DNA of 64,000 nt from positions 1,056,001 to 1,120,000 of the forward strand of contig OY970393.1 in the NCBI GenBank assembly GCA_963720465.1, in the 5' to 3' direction. The number at the start of each line of letters is the position of its first letter. The first letter of the stretch is position 1. The position numbers were made by a program, and so were the translations under genes. The notes under the pieces were generated by a model. The model was not told where the DNA came from, searched no databases, and saw only the letters and a program-made list of their open reading frames with translations. Source of the stretch: Methanobacteriota archaeon. GTDB lineage: Archaea; Halobacteriota; Bog-38; Methanoflorentales; Methanoflorentaceae. This document shows positions 22,100 through 31,008 of the stretch, in pieces.

Positions 22100-22318
22100 C
22101 GCGAGTGGTGACGTCTGCTCCGACAAACATGGGGGTACCCGACGACACCGGATAGAGGGCTGATATCGCGCTCTGTCACTCACTGCCTGCCCGCCACATA
22201 TACACGGCTGCCCCGATGCAAAGGAGAAACAGACCGATTATCAGGAGTTCTGCTTTAGCATCAGACGGTATGCCGTTTAGTATTTCCAAGAGCATCGTAT
22301 CACAACCTATTACACATG

Positions 22319-23419
22319 TTATTCAAGCAAAGGGATCCCCCGATAAGCAGAGGCGGCGTTCAAACGGGCGACACTAGGGGGATAACCTTCAATGAGCGAC
22401 ACCATCAGCGCCACCATATCGAGCTTTCTTTCTAGCAATCTATCGCGTTTCTTTTGCCAGTTTTCCTTTGTATGGGGGTCCTGAATGAGCTGCACCGCCT
22501 TAGCCGCGACTTCGGCTGCGGTCTTTAGGTTTAAGAGCAGCCGAAACTCGCGCTCAAGCTCGATAAAGACGCCCGTGTCACAGTCACCTACAAAAGCATT
22601 GCTCCGGATTGTCGGCGTTCCCAGAAGTGCGGCTTCGGTCGCCATAGTGTGCGTATCGGTGATGAACAACGACGCATAGTATAGCACGTCGTGTATTCGC
22701 CTGTTCGGCACGTTGAGAACGTGTTCTTTAATTTGCTTTGGAACGTCGGTTTCTGACGAAATGAACACCTCTCCGTAGGCGCTGAGCTCTCTCACGAGCG
22801 CGATCTTTTCGGCGTCGGTCAGTCTCGCGCCGAGGTCGTGCGAGCAGTCAAACGCGTTAAACCGCAGCACACTGTAGTCTTGACTCCTTGAGATGCCCAA
22901 GAGATCAAAAACGGAAGGATCAGGCGTGTAATAGTTGGGGTGTAGGTACGCGAGCTCCTTGTAACTCTGTACTTTCAGGTGTTTTGAGCCTAGCTCCTGT
23001 TTGAATGATGACGGCGTTACAAAAACATCAGTAAACTGATACGTGAGTTTGAACATCGCGTAACGCGCAGCGTCGATCGTGCACTCGCCGTCATTAAACG
23101 TGATATCGGGAACCTTGAGCAAACGCGCCGTGAAGGTCGAATAGGTACCCCAGCCCGTGGTCAAGTCAATCTTCTTCCCCTTGAGGTGTCGAAAGGCATT
23201 GACCACATCGTGCGGAAGTGACGTGTTATGTCCACACTTCACGTCGGGCGGACTCGAGAAAAGGAAAAAAGGAATGTCGAGCTCGTTTAGCAGGTCTATG
23301 GTCTCTCCGTAATCACGAGCGAGTACGAAGACCTGATTGCCGTCAACCTCAAGCGCGGCCACGATGTTCTTGTAGAAATGCACCTGAGCTGGCGTATTGA
23401 CAAAAACGGCAATTTTCAC
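22319..23419 (-). CDS. DUF354 family glycosyltransferase-like protein
   Basis: NTPAQVHFYKN, ARDYG, YKELAYLHPNYYTPD, TMATEAALLGTP; GTG start at 23419 after GGAGGT. Confidence 0.85.
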   Translation of the reverse strand: MKIAVFVNTPAQVHFYKNIVAALEVDGNQVFVLARDYGETIDLLNELDIPFFLFSSPPDVKCGHNTSLPHDVVNAFRHLKGKKIDLTTGWGTYSTFTARLLKVPDITFNDGECTIDAARYAMFKLTYQFTDVFVTPSSFKQELGSKHLKVQSYKELAYLHPNYYTPDPSVFDLLGISRSQDYSVLRFNAFDCSHDLGARLTDAEKIALVRELSAYGEVFISSETDVPKQIKEHVLNVPNRRIHDVLYYASLFITDTHTMATEAALLGTPTIRSNAFVGDCDTGVFIELEREFRLLLNLKTAAEVAAKAVQLIQDPHTKENWQKKRDRLLERKLDMVALMVSLIEGYPPSVARLNAASAYRGIPLLE

Positions 23420-23534
23420 GATGCTACCTCCTGCGTGTACGTCATTTCGCGTCTGCAACGGGGCACGGTGCTTTTGAGCGGGTCAGAGCTTGCGCCGTCA
23501 CAATCGCTGCACATCCCTCCAAGAGTCTTCATCG

Positions 23535-24086
23535 TCAAGCCTGCTCGCAAAGAACGCCGCATATTCTCACCCCACTTACAAGATTTACGTCTTCACGGCC
23601 CTCGTCTTGATATAAGAAGCCGCTAAGGGTTGCGCTTTCGAAGATTTTCTTCTTAAGAGAGTTTTCTTCTCGACAAAGTATGCCGGTTACCTGTTGCCAC
23701 GGCAGGATATGCGCCGTATGATTGAAGTCTGCGAGGAGCGTTGTTTCGCCGGAAGTCTCGTCTTGATAAATCAGACCTTTGATCCGCTGGTCACAAAGCG
23801 ATTTTTTGCCGAGAGAGACGGGGTCTCCGTAGAGTATTGCCACGATTTTCGATGCTTCGAGGATTCGTTCGTCATCCTCGGTCGTCGTCCAATAGGTGAG
23901 GCCGTCGAGCTGTAAGTCGCTCAGAATGCTCTCATCGGCGCTGTCGTCGTGGTACAGGACACCAACCACTTTCGAATTAGTCAGGAGTTTGACGTCAATG
24001 TTCAGCCCGCTCTGGAGTTTTTTTTCATCAGTCCCTTCTTCCTGATAGATGATGCCTGTAATTTTCACGCCGCTTAAGACCTTCAT
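23535..24086 (-). CDS. Uncharacterised 21-aa repeat protein A2 (soluble, 183 aa)
   Basis: MKVLSGVKITGIIYQEE...; 8 repeat units; ATG 24086 after GAAGGTG. Confidence 0.78.
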   Translation of the reverse strand: MKVLSGVKITGIIYQEEGTDEKKLQSGLNIDVKLLTNSKVVGVLYHDDSADESILSDLQLDGLTYWTTTEDDERILEASKIVAILYGDPVSLGKKSLCDQRIKGLIYQDETSGETTLLADFNHTAHILPWQQVTGILCREENSLKKKIFESATLSGFLYQDEGREDVNLVSGVRICGVLCEQA

Positions 24087-24096
24087 GGTAACACCT

Positions 24097-24909
24097 TCAC
24101 GAACTATCTGTAGTCGACCTCTCAGTGCTGTGATACCGAAGGTAGAGTAGGTACACCACAGGCACGACAATTAACGCAATAGCGATGTATGAGCTGAGCA
24201 GAGTGATATTGAATTGTTTCAATGCGATCGGCACGACAAGACCAAGAACGCCAATGATCGGCAACAGGTACAACAATATGCGCTCCGCTTTGCGAAATCC
24301 ATTTCCTGACGGCTCTTCCACCTCAGTCGCGCGGCGTGCCGCGCGACTCGGGGGCTCGATATCTCGATAGATGATGCCGATGATCCTCAGACTAGTCAAG
24401 ATGCCTTCCTCGCTGGAGGCTCGCTCTCTGTATAGCACTCCTGTCAACACCGCTTCGCGCAAGGACGTTGCAGTGACTCCCTTGTCTTCTCTATAAACCA
24501 CGCCCGTTATTCTCGAGCCGTTAAGGATTCTTGCGTTGAGCTGTGGTCCACCGAGCAGCTTCACTTCGGTGCTGCCGGCCTGTTGGTACGTAATGCCCAG
24601 CAGTTTAGATCGGCTTAAGATTGTCCGATCGGCCGAACTTCCCTCTTGGTAAATAATGCCCAGCACCTTCCGCGCGGTCAAAATGTTTTCACGAGAGGAG
24701 TCTTCATCTTGATAGATGACTCCTGTGATGTTTAATCCGCTCAAACAGGTCTCTTCACCGTTTTTCTTATCCTTGAATATGATGCCGGTGAGCTCCCCAT
24801 TATCCAGAAGTTTCACTTTGATTTCAGGCGCGTTCAGCAGAACGCCGTCTTTACCCTTAGTGTCCTGGTAGGTGAGTCCAACCACTCTCGAACGATCTAC
24901 TGCTGCCAT
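24097..24909 (-). CDS. Uncharacterised 21-aa repeat protein B2 with C-terminal two-TM anchor
   Basis: 8 repeat units, then AERILLYLLPIIGVLGLVVP and YIAIALIVVPVVYLLYLRY; GAGGT upstream of ATG. Confidence 0.8.
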   Translation of the reverse strand: MAAVDRSRVVGLTYQDTKGKDGVLLNAPEIKVKLLDNGELTGIIFKDKKNGEETCLSGLNITGVIYQDEDSSRENILTARKVLGIIYQEGSSADRTILSRSKLLGITYQQAGSTEVKLLGGPQLNARILNGSRITGVVYREDKGVTATSLREAVLTGVLYRERASSEEGILTSLRIIGIIYRDIEPPSRAARRATEVEEPSGNGFRKAERILLYLLPIIGVLGLVVPIALKQFNITLLSSYIAIALIVVPVVYLLYLRYHSTERSTTDSS

Positions 24910-25260
24910 CTAAACCTCAGTCTCTGCCGCGGCTGCTTGAACGCTCGCCAAACTTCGCCGAGAATTAACCGTCATAGTTTGCCACTGAATATGTAAGTAG
25001 CGGACTCGATAACCCTAATGTGAAGCATGCACCGATCAGTGAAGCACCAGTGATCGCAAGACGGAGGCCGGTAATCAAGCAAAGAGCGCTTGGTACAAGT
25101 GAGATTAAAACTATGTAGATCATTTTTCAAACCTCATTCTTCTTCTCCTTTTTCGGCTATATCCAGCCCGCATTCGAAGCAGTGGAAGCCTTGAACAAGG
25201 TGCGCGGGCCCATCAGCCGTGCGCTCTGCGACGAGCATAACGGGTAGCCGCGCTGAATGC

Positions 25261-25992
25261 TTACAGTAAGGCATTGAGCCGGGCTTCATTTTCGTAAACT
25301 TCAATTTCTTCAATTATTCGTTCCAGCCGCGCCACGCGCTCTACCAGCTGTTCAACCGGGTCGGTCAGTTCCCGCTTACTCTTCACTAACGACATTGTGT
25401 TATACCCATACGACTGTCCTTCGTCGAGATCCGATCTTTCCGTTGGTCGTAGGATCATCAGCTCAGCATCTTTGACCGTGTCAGCTATGGGCTTTTCGAC
25501 GAGCTTGTGCGTGCTACTTTCGAAACGCTCTTTTGCTACCTTTTCGGCACGCTCTCTAAGTTTATTGAGCAAAATATCAAATATTTCGCGTTTATGCTCT
25601 TCTTGCGCCATCGAGAGACTTTGCACGATCGTCGTAGCGCAACTCTCTAATTTCTCGCAAAGTCTATTCGGGTTATTCTGCGCCCATTTTAGAAGATCGG
25701 AGGTATAAACATCCGATTCTATGTTGCATTCCTCATCGAGTAGCTCGTCGAACGTATCTGCGCTCGAATCTGCGATCATGCGTGCTGCCTCATCTATAAA
25801 CTCGCACGTCGTATCGTGCGGCATGAACTCGAAGCCTTCTGCGGTGTGAACTGCGTATATGACTTCTGTGATCCATTCAGGCGCGATATCCTTCTTAAAT
25901 ACGATTTTATCTTCTTTTTGATGTTCGACCGTATGAAGGTTTTGCGCGATCGCATGTGCCATCTGTTCTACTTCATGTGCAATTTCGCTCAT
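25261..25992 (-). CDS. Acidic hypothetical protein, possibly phage/Ocr-like N-terminal domain
   Basis: Long ORF; APEWI..VH...MPHD..EFI..A...ESDVYTSDLLKW; C-terminal coiled coil; start taken as ATG 25992. Confidence 0.6.
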   Translation of the reverse strand: MSEIAHEVEQMAHAIAQNLHTVEHQKEDKIVFKKDIAPEWITEVIYAVHTAEGFEFMPHDTTCEFIDEAARMIADSSADTFDELLDEECNIESDVYTSDLLKWAQNNPNRLCEKLESCATTIVQSLSMAQEEHKREIFDILLNKLRERAEKVAKERFESSTHKLVEKPIADTVKDAELMILRPTERSDLDEGQSYGYNTMSLVKSKRELTDPVEQLVERVARLERIIEEIEVYENEARLNALL

Positions 25993-26505
25993 GTTCCTAT
26001 CATCCTGTCTTTTGGCTATACAGCGCATAGCTGTAGACGCGTACGTGGTTTCTCCCCATAGCCCCGACTTCAATGACACTTCTTTCACTGCCAATCACAC
26101 CCATCTTGAAGGCGCACCCGTAACGAGGACGACGGAGCTTCTTGATGCTGGAGTCGTCCCTGTTTTCTGCTTACTAGTAGAGGCTTTTCTGCAGAGTTGT
26201 TGCGTGCATCGTGAAGACTTTTTCCCCATCAGAGTGCCTCAAGACTTAACTATTGTAAAAGTATTTAAATGTTGCTTAAAATTATCAATAGTTTTAATTT
26301 ATATAAAGCTTTAAAAAAAATAGTCAAGAATTAAATTTGTTCCAACTCATGTCTGCGGCCACAGATTTTTGTCCCGTGAGAAAAAACAAAAAAGAAACGT
26401 TAGGTATAAACAAAATAACAACGATTAAGTACAAATTGCAAGTAAATAGCTACATGGCGTTTAATACGCGGTGCAATTTGTACGCAGATAATAACATGCA
26501 TCGTT

Positions 26506-27360
26506 TTGCACAGAGCCGACACCAAAAAGGAGCGGAAAGTGGACGAGCCTAACTCCGAAATAAAGAGCCAAGAAGTTGAAGAGATTCTGCGCCTCTTAGC
26601 GTGTTCTGATTTGCGAAACAATCTCGCCAAAGCACTCCGTAATGGCAAGAAAATGACGCTTTCTGAATTGGGCGAGCACGTTGGAGCTAGCTCACCGGCT
26701 TGTGTGCACGCGTTGCGAGAACTAGGAAAGGTGCACGTAACACATCAAGACGAGAAGCGCAACTACTCGCTCACTAACATTGGCGAGATAGTCACGCGAA
26801 AGTTCGAAGAGCTTAACGCCGCCATCACAACGTTATCGCAAAACAAGGAATTTTGGCTCGACCACGATTTGAGCGACATCCCGAAACATTTGCTCGATAA
26901 GATAGGGTCCCTCGCTGATTCCACCGTTCTAACAAGTACTCCCACGGATCTCTTCAAGTCTTTTTCTACGCTCTATACGCTGCTTCAAAATTCCAAGGAG
27001 ATACGCGCCATCTCCCCGATTTTCGTCGAAGATATGACGGCCCAGTTTGTCAAACTGGTAGACAAGAACATAGACATCGAACTCATTTTTACGCCCGACG
27101 TACTGGACGCAACACTAAGATCGGCGGATAGAAAAGGATTAGAAAAAGCCCTCGAATCGAATCTCAAGCTCTTCAAAACTGAGAACCAACCGAACTTTGC
27201 CTGCACTGTTACTGACTATTTCTTGATTCTCGGCTTCTTCAGGCCGGACGGAAGTTTCGACTGGTCTACCGCCCTTCTGAGTTACAGTCCTGAAGCACTA
27301 GAATGGGGACAGGAGTTGTTCGCATATTATGTCGAGAAGACAGAACCCATCATTCTTTAG
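26506..27360 (+). CDS. Winged-HTH transcriptional regulator, DUF1724/COG4742 (FilR1-like)
   Basis: LLACSDLR..L, HALREL, YSLTNIG, FWLDHDLSDIP, TVTD, GSFD, ALEWGQELF. Confidence 0.88.
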   Translation: MHRADTKKERKVDEPNSEIKSQEVEEILRLLACSDLRNNLAKALRNGKKMTLSELGEHVGASSPACVHALRELGKVHVTHQDEKRNYSLTNIGEIVTRKFEELNAAITTLSQNKEFWLDHDLSDIPKHLLDKIGSLADSTVLTSTPTDLFKSFSTLYTLLQNSKEIRAISPIFVEDMTAQFVKLVDKNIDIELIFTPDVLDATLRSADRKGLEKALESNLKLFKTENQPNFACTVTDYFLILGFFRPDGSFDWSTALLSYSPEALEWGQELFAYYVEKTEPIIL

Positions 27361-28285
27361 CAGCACTGCGTCAGACGGGGAATTCCTCTCCCAATTTCGT
27401 TTACCACCGCCACGTACGCGGCTAGCGAATGTATTTTCCTTCGTTACATTCAATCCAATGTTCCCTACGGTGTTCGTTAGCACCGTAGTGGTAGCGATAC
27501 TGTACGTCTCTTTTCTGCTTCAAGGTGTCCTGATCAGCACCTTGCTGTTAATCGCCACCTTCTTTTTGGGGATTTCCATATACAGTTTGAACAGAGTGAC
27601 AGATCTCGAAGAAGACTCAATCAATCTGCCCGACAGAGGTCAATTCTTCAAGAAAAACCGAGACTACCTGCTTTTTGCGAGTCTCGAATCAATTAACATC
27701 GCGGTGATTCTCGCTTTCTTCAGCAAACCGTCTGCAATCATCATCATTCTCTTCGCGTTCTTTATAGCGTTTTTTTACGACATAGGAACGCGCAGATTGA
27801 GACTAAAGAACACCCTGCTCCTTAAGAATATCACGATCGCAGGGACGATGACTATCGCAGCAGTGCTTCTGCCACTTGTGGTCCACACCAATATCTCATT
27901 TGTCGTGCTGATGGTTGCCTACTTTATCTTTCTCAATATTTTCATTGAGAGCGTGCTTCATGACGTCCGAGACATCGACGGTGACCGGAAGGCCGGCGTG
28001 CGGACCATCCCCGGATACCTGGGCAGGAACAAGACACGAAATCTGCTGCTGCTCCTGAACTCCACGCTTGTGGTGTGGGTTGCTTTCTCGCTGTTTCAAA
28101 CCATTTTTTACCCGTACATTTTCGTTTTGATTCTCGGCGTGCTCTACGGGTACTGGAGCATCCTACGCTTTACGAGGCCGAGCGCTACGACAAGCAGGCC
28201 CTTCTATTCGCTTGTGACCGCCAAATGGGTGATCCTGGCCCTTTATGCCACGCCATTCGCTTTGGGGTGGCTCCACATCCTTTGA
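27329..28285 (+). CDS. UbiA family prenyltransferase (true start uncertain)
   Basis: NRVTDLEEDSINLPDR and HDVRDIDGDRKAGVRTIP Asp-rich motifs; multiple TM segments. Confidence 0.85.
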   Translation: MSRRQNPSFFSSTASDGEFLSQFRLPPPRTRLANVFSFVTFNPMFPTVFVSTVVVAILYVSFLLQGVLISTLLLIATFFLGISIYSLNRVTDLEEDSINLPDRGQFFKKNRDYLLFASLESINIAVILAFFSKPSAIIIILFAFFIAFFYDIGTRRLRLKNTLLLKNITIAGTMTIAAVLLPLVVHTNISFVVLMVAYFIFLNIFIESVLHDVRDIDGDRKAGVRTIPGYLGRNKTRNLLLLLNSTLVVWVAFSLFQTIFYPYIFVLILGVLYGYWSILRFTRPSATTSRPFYSLVTAKWVILALYATPFALGWLHIL

Positions 28286-28452
28286 GTCAACGACATCCTG
28301 CTCACTCTGCCTCTGGTGTTACTATTTTTAGAAAAACATTGATATTTTTTATCAAGAATTTAAACTACTAACATGATTAAGCATAGAGATATACAATGAG
28401 AACGAATAGCAAACTTTATATTGTTCTCCATCATTGACACGCTTCGACAATC

Positions 28453-29304
28453 ATGTATATCACTACACAAAGAGGAGAAGAACTCAGCGAAACGATCGTA
28501 GAGCCACGCGTCAACGATGGCGAGCTGCTCAGACTATTGATATGCTCGGACCTGCGGAAGAAGCTCCTTCTTGCACTTAAAAACGGCACAACATCCCTCG
28601 CCGGCCTGCGCGAAGCAACAGGGGCAAGCTCAACCGCAGCAATACACGCGCTCAGAGAGCTGGAGAAAGAACGCCTCACCTTCCAAGACGGCAAGCGCAA
28701 CTACTTGCTTACAAGCTCTGGCAAGATTGTGGCTTTGCACGTGGAGAGCTTTGTACAAACGGTCAACGTGATTACTCAGTTTGGCAAATTCTGGCTTGAA
28801 CACGATTTAAGCGGCATCCCTGAAGATTCTCTCAAGAACATAGGGTATTTGCAAGAGTCGCAGGTTTTGACAAGCATGCCCACTGACGTTTTCAACGCCT
28901 TTTCGACCTTTATCACCCTGCTCGAAGACGCCAAAGTGATACGAGGCGTTGCCCCTGTGTTCACGCCAGACTTGCTTGATGTTTATGCCGAACTCGCCGC
29001 AAAAGGCATACCGATCGAGCTTGTCGTTACTCACGAAGTGCTCGAAAACATGCTAGAGCTCACAGACCGCAGCCCGCTCAAGAATTCGCTTAAGGCAAAT
29101 CTTAGACTGTTTGTGATTAAGCAAAACCCAAAAACGGCTTTCACGGTTACTGACTATTTCTTTATGGTTGGACTCTTCAGATTGGACGGGTCTTATGATT
29201 ATTCAGACGAATTGCTAAGTTATAGCAACGACGCCCTTAGGTGGGGCCGTGAGCTGTTTGATCATTACGTCCGAGCATCAAAAGAGTTCGACTTAAGACT
29301 TTAA
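28453..29304 (+). CDS. Second DUF1724/COG4742 winged-HTH regulator (paralog of 26506..27360)
   Basis: LLICSDLRKKL, HALREL, FWLEHDLSGIP, TVTD, GSYD, ALRWGRELF. Confidence 0.88.
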   Translation: MYITTQRGEELSETIVEPRVNDGELLRLLICSDLRKKLLLALKNGTTSLAGLREATGASSTAAIHALRELEKERLTFQDGKRNYLLTSSGKIVALHVESFVQTVNVITQFGKFWLEHDLSGIPEDSLKNIGYLQESQVLTSMPTDVFNAFSTFITLLEDAKVIRGVAPVFTPDLLDVYAELAAKGIPIELVVTHEVLENMLELTDRSPLKNSLKANLRLFVIKQNPKTAFTVTDYFFMVGLFRLDGSYDYSDELLSYSNDALRWGRELFDHYVRASKEFDLRL

Positions 29305-29690
29305 GGCCTTATTCAAGCCCGCTTTGTTCCTTTGAGCTGCTGCGACAACTCCCTAAGATAGGAGCCAAATTGTGTTGGCCTTTGCGAAGACGGCCATTCG
29401 AGGTCGCTGCTAAGAACTAAAACCTTTTGCTTGAACACCTGCTTCTCAACACAAAAAGGGGCCTGTCGTTCAGAACAATCAGCGCTAGTCACAGCAATGC
29501 TTTTCTTTGCGCGCGACTTACGAAAGCCGCAACAGCACCCTACCAATCGCCAATGCCCGCCGCATTGTCGCCCACATGGCATTTATACCTAAGCAGCCGC
29601 CTGCCTATTCGCAAGATCTCGTCGCTACCCTCACGTCGCAGGACGGATCGTGCCCTTGCTTCGCTAATTGCCTGAAAACCTTATATCGAT

Positions 29691-30473
29691 GTGGCTATAT
29701 TGACTCAGCTAGATTTCCCGCGGAAGCGGCGGCTGAAAAACAGGCGCGTATTGGAGGCAATTTTGGCAGATCGTCGGACGTACGTCTACAGCCCATTTTC
29801 GCCAGTCATTACCGCATTTGTCATATTCGTAGTTCTCCTGCTCTTTGTTTTCATCTTTCTTGGGCTGATCGGAGCGGCTTTTAGTCGAATCGGGTTTTCT
29901 GCTCAAGCAATCTTACTTTTGCTTTTGGCTGTGCTCATCGGGAGCGTTATTAACATACCCCTATTCACTCTTGAAACGTCTGAGCCGATCATGACTGACG
30001 CCTATGTCACCGTTTTCGGCATGACCTACCGCGTCCCAGCGGCGGCCGAAGGCTCACGAAAAACGGTCGTTGCTATCAATGTCGGCGGTGCCCTGATTCC
30101 ATCTGTTGTCTCGCTTTATCTCCTATGGCGATTCCCGAACGTTTTAGCCTTTGCGATCGTCGGGGTGACTCTTGTAGCCGTCATTTCCCATCTCATATCA
30201 AAACCAGTAAAGGGGGTAGGAATAGTCTCTCCAGCGCTTGTTTCTCCTCTCGTTGCCGCGGTTTATACTATCGCCGTTTTGACACTATTTTCAGGGTTCG
30301 ACAACGCCTTTGCTTTAGCTTATGTGTGCGGCGTGCTGGGCACTCTGATCGGGGCCGACTTAACGAATTTAGGAGCCATCAAACAGGTTGGGGCTCCCAT
30401 TGCCTCGATTGGTGGCGCCGGCACTTTCGACGGCGTCTTTCTCTCAGGGATCATAGCCGTCTTGCTTGCGTAG
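29691..30473 (+). CDS. DUF1614 family membrane protein (start uncertain)
   Basis: GSVINIP, AINVGGALIP, GTLIGADL, SIGGAGTFDGVFL. Confidence 0.88.
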   Translation: MAILTQLDFPRKRRLKNRRVLEAILADRRTYVYSPFSPVITAFVIFVVLLLFVFIFLGLIGAAFSRIGFSAQAILLLLLAVLIGSVINIPLFTLETSEPIMTDAYVTVFGMTYRVPAAAEGSRKTVVAINVGGALIPSVVSLYLLWRFPNVLAFAIVGVTLVAVISHLISKPVKGVGIVSPALVSPLVAAVYTIAVLTLFSGFDNAFALAYVCGVLGTLIGADLTNLGAIKQVGAPIASIGGAGTFDGVFLSGIIAVLLA

Positions 30474-30596
30474 AAGCGACTGCGGGAGCAAACCTCACTG
30501 CACAGCACGAATGGTCTTAAGGTCGACAAATCAGCTTTATATAGTGTTTCAACATGATATTGTCCATCGCGCCGACCTCACCACTATCTGGAAGCC

Positions 30597-30857
30597 ATGG
30601 CCCCGAGTCGCCTTTTGAAGACCAATCTGGTGCTACTTGTCCTTGTACTGATAGCTATTATTGCCAGTTCCTTCGCAGCCTATGCGGGCAACACGAAGTT
30701 CATCGGCATCCTAGGGATTGCCGCACTGGCGTTGGCCCTGGTGTTATGGCGTATTTTTAGTCTGACGAGGCAGACAGCAACAACCTCCGAGCCTGAAACG
30801 CTCCGCTTTGACTTCGACATTGACAGCATCCAAAAAAATCGTCCACCCCACAAGTGA
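30597..30857 (+). CDS. Small two-TM membrane protein
   Basis: Two hydrophobic helices and a polar tail; TTTATATA about 60 bp upstream. Confidence 0.55.
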   Translation: MAPSRLLKTNLVLLVLVLIAIIASSFAAYAGNTKFIGILGIAALALALVLWRIFSLTRQTATTSEPETLRFDFDIDSIQKNRPPHK

Positions 30858-31008
30858 TGCGGCCCCAATCACCGCTTGTAAACCGCTTCAGACGTTGATT
30901 ACTACCGTTCTGGTGATATGATCCCCCAGTCGCTGCCATTTTGTCGGAAATTATTGACAAGGATTTCGGGTGAAGCGCCGCAACGAAATGCGCTTTTTAA
31001 CGGTAAGT

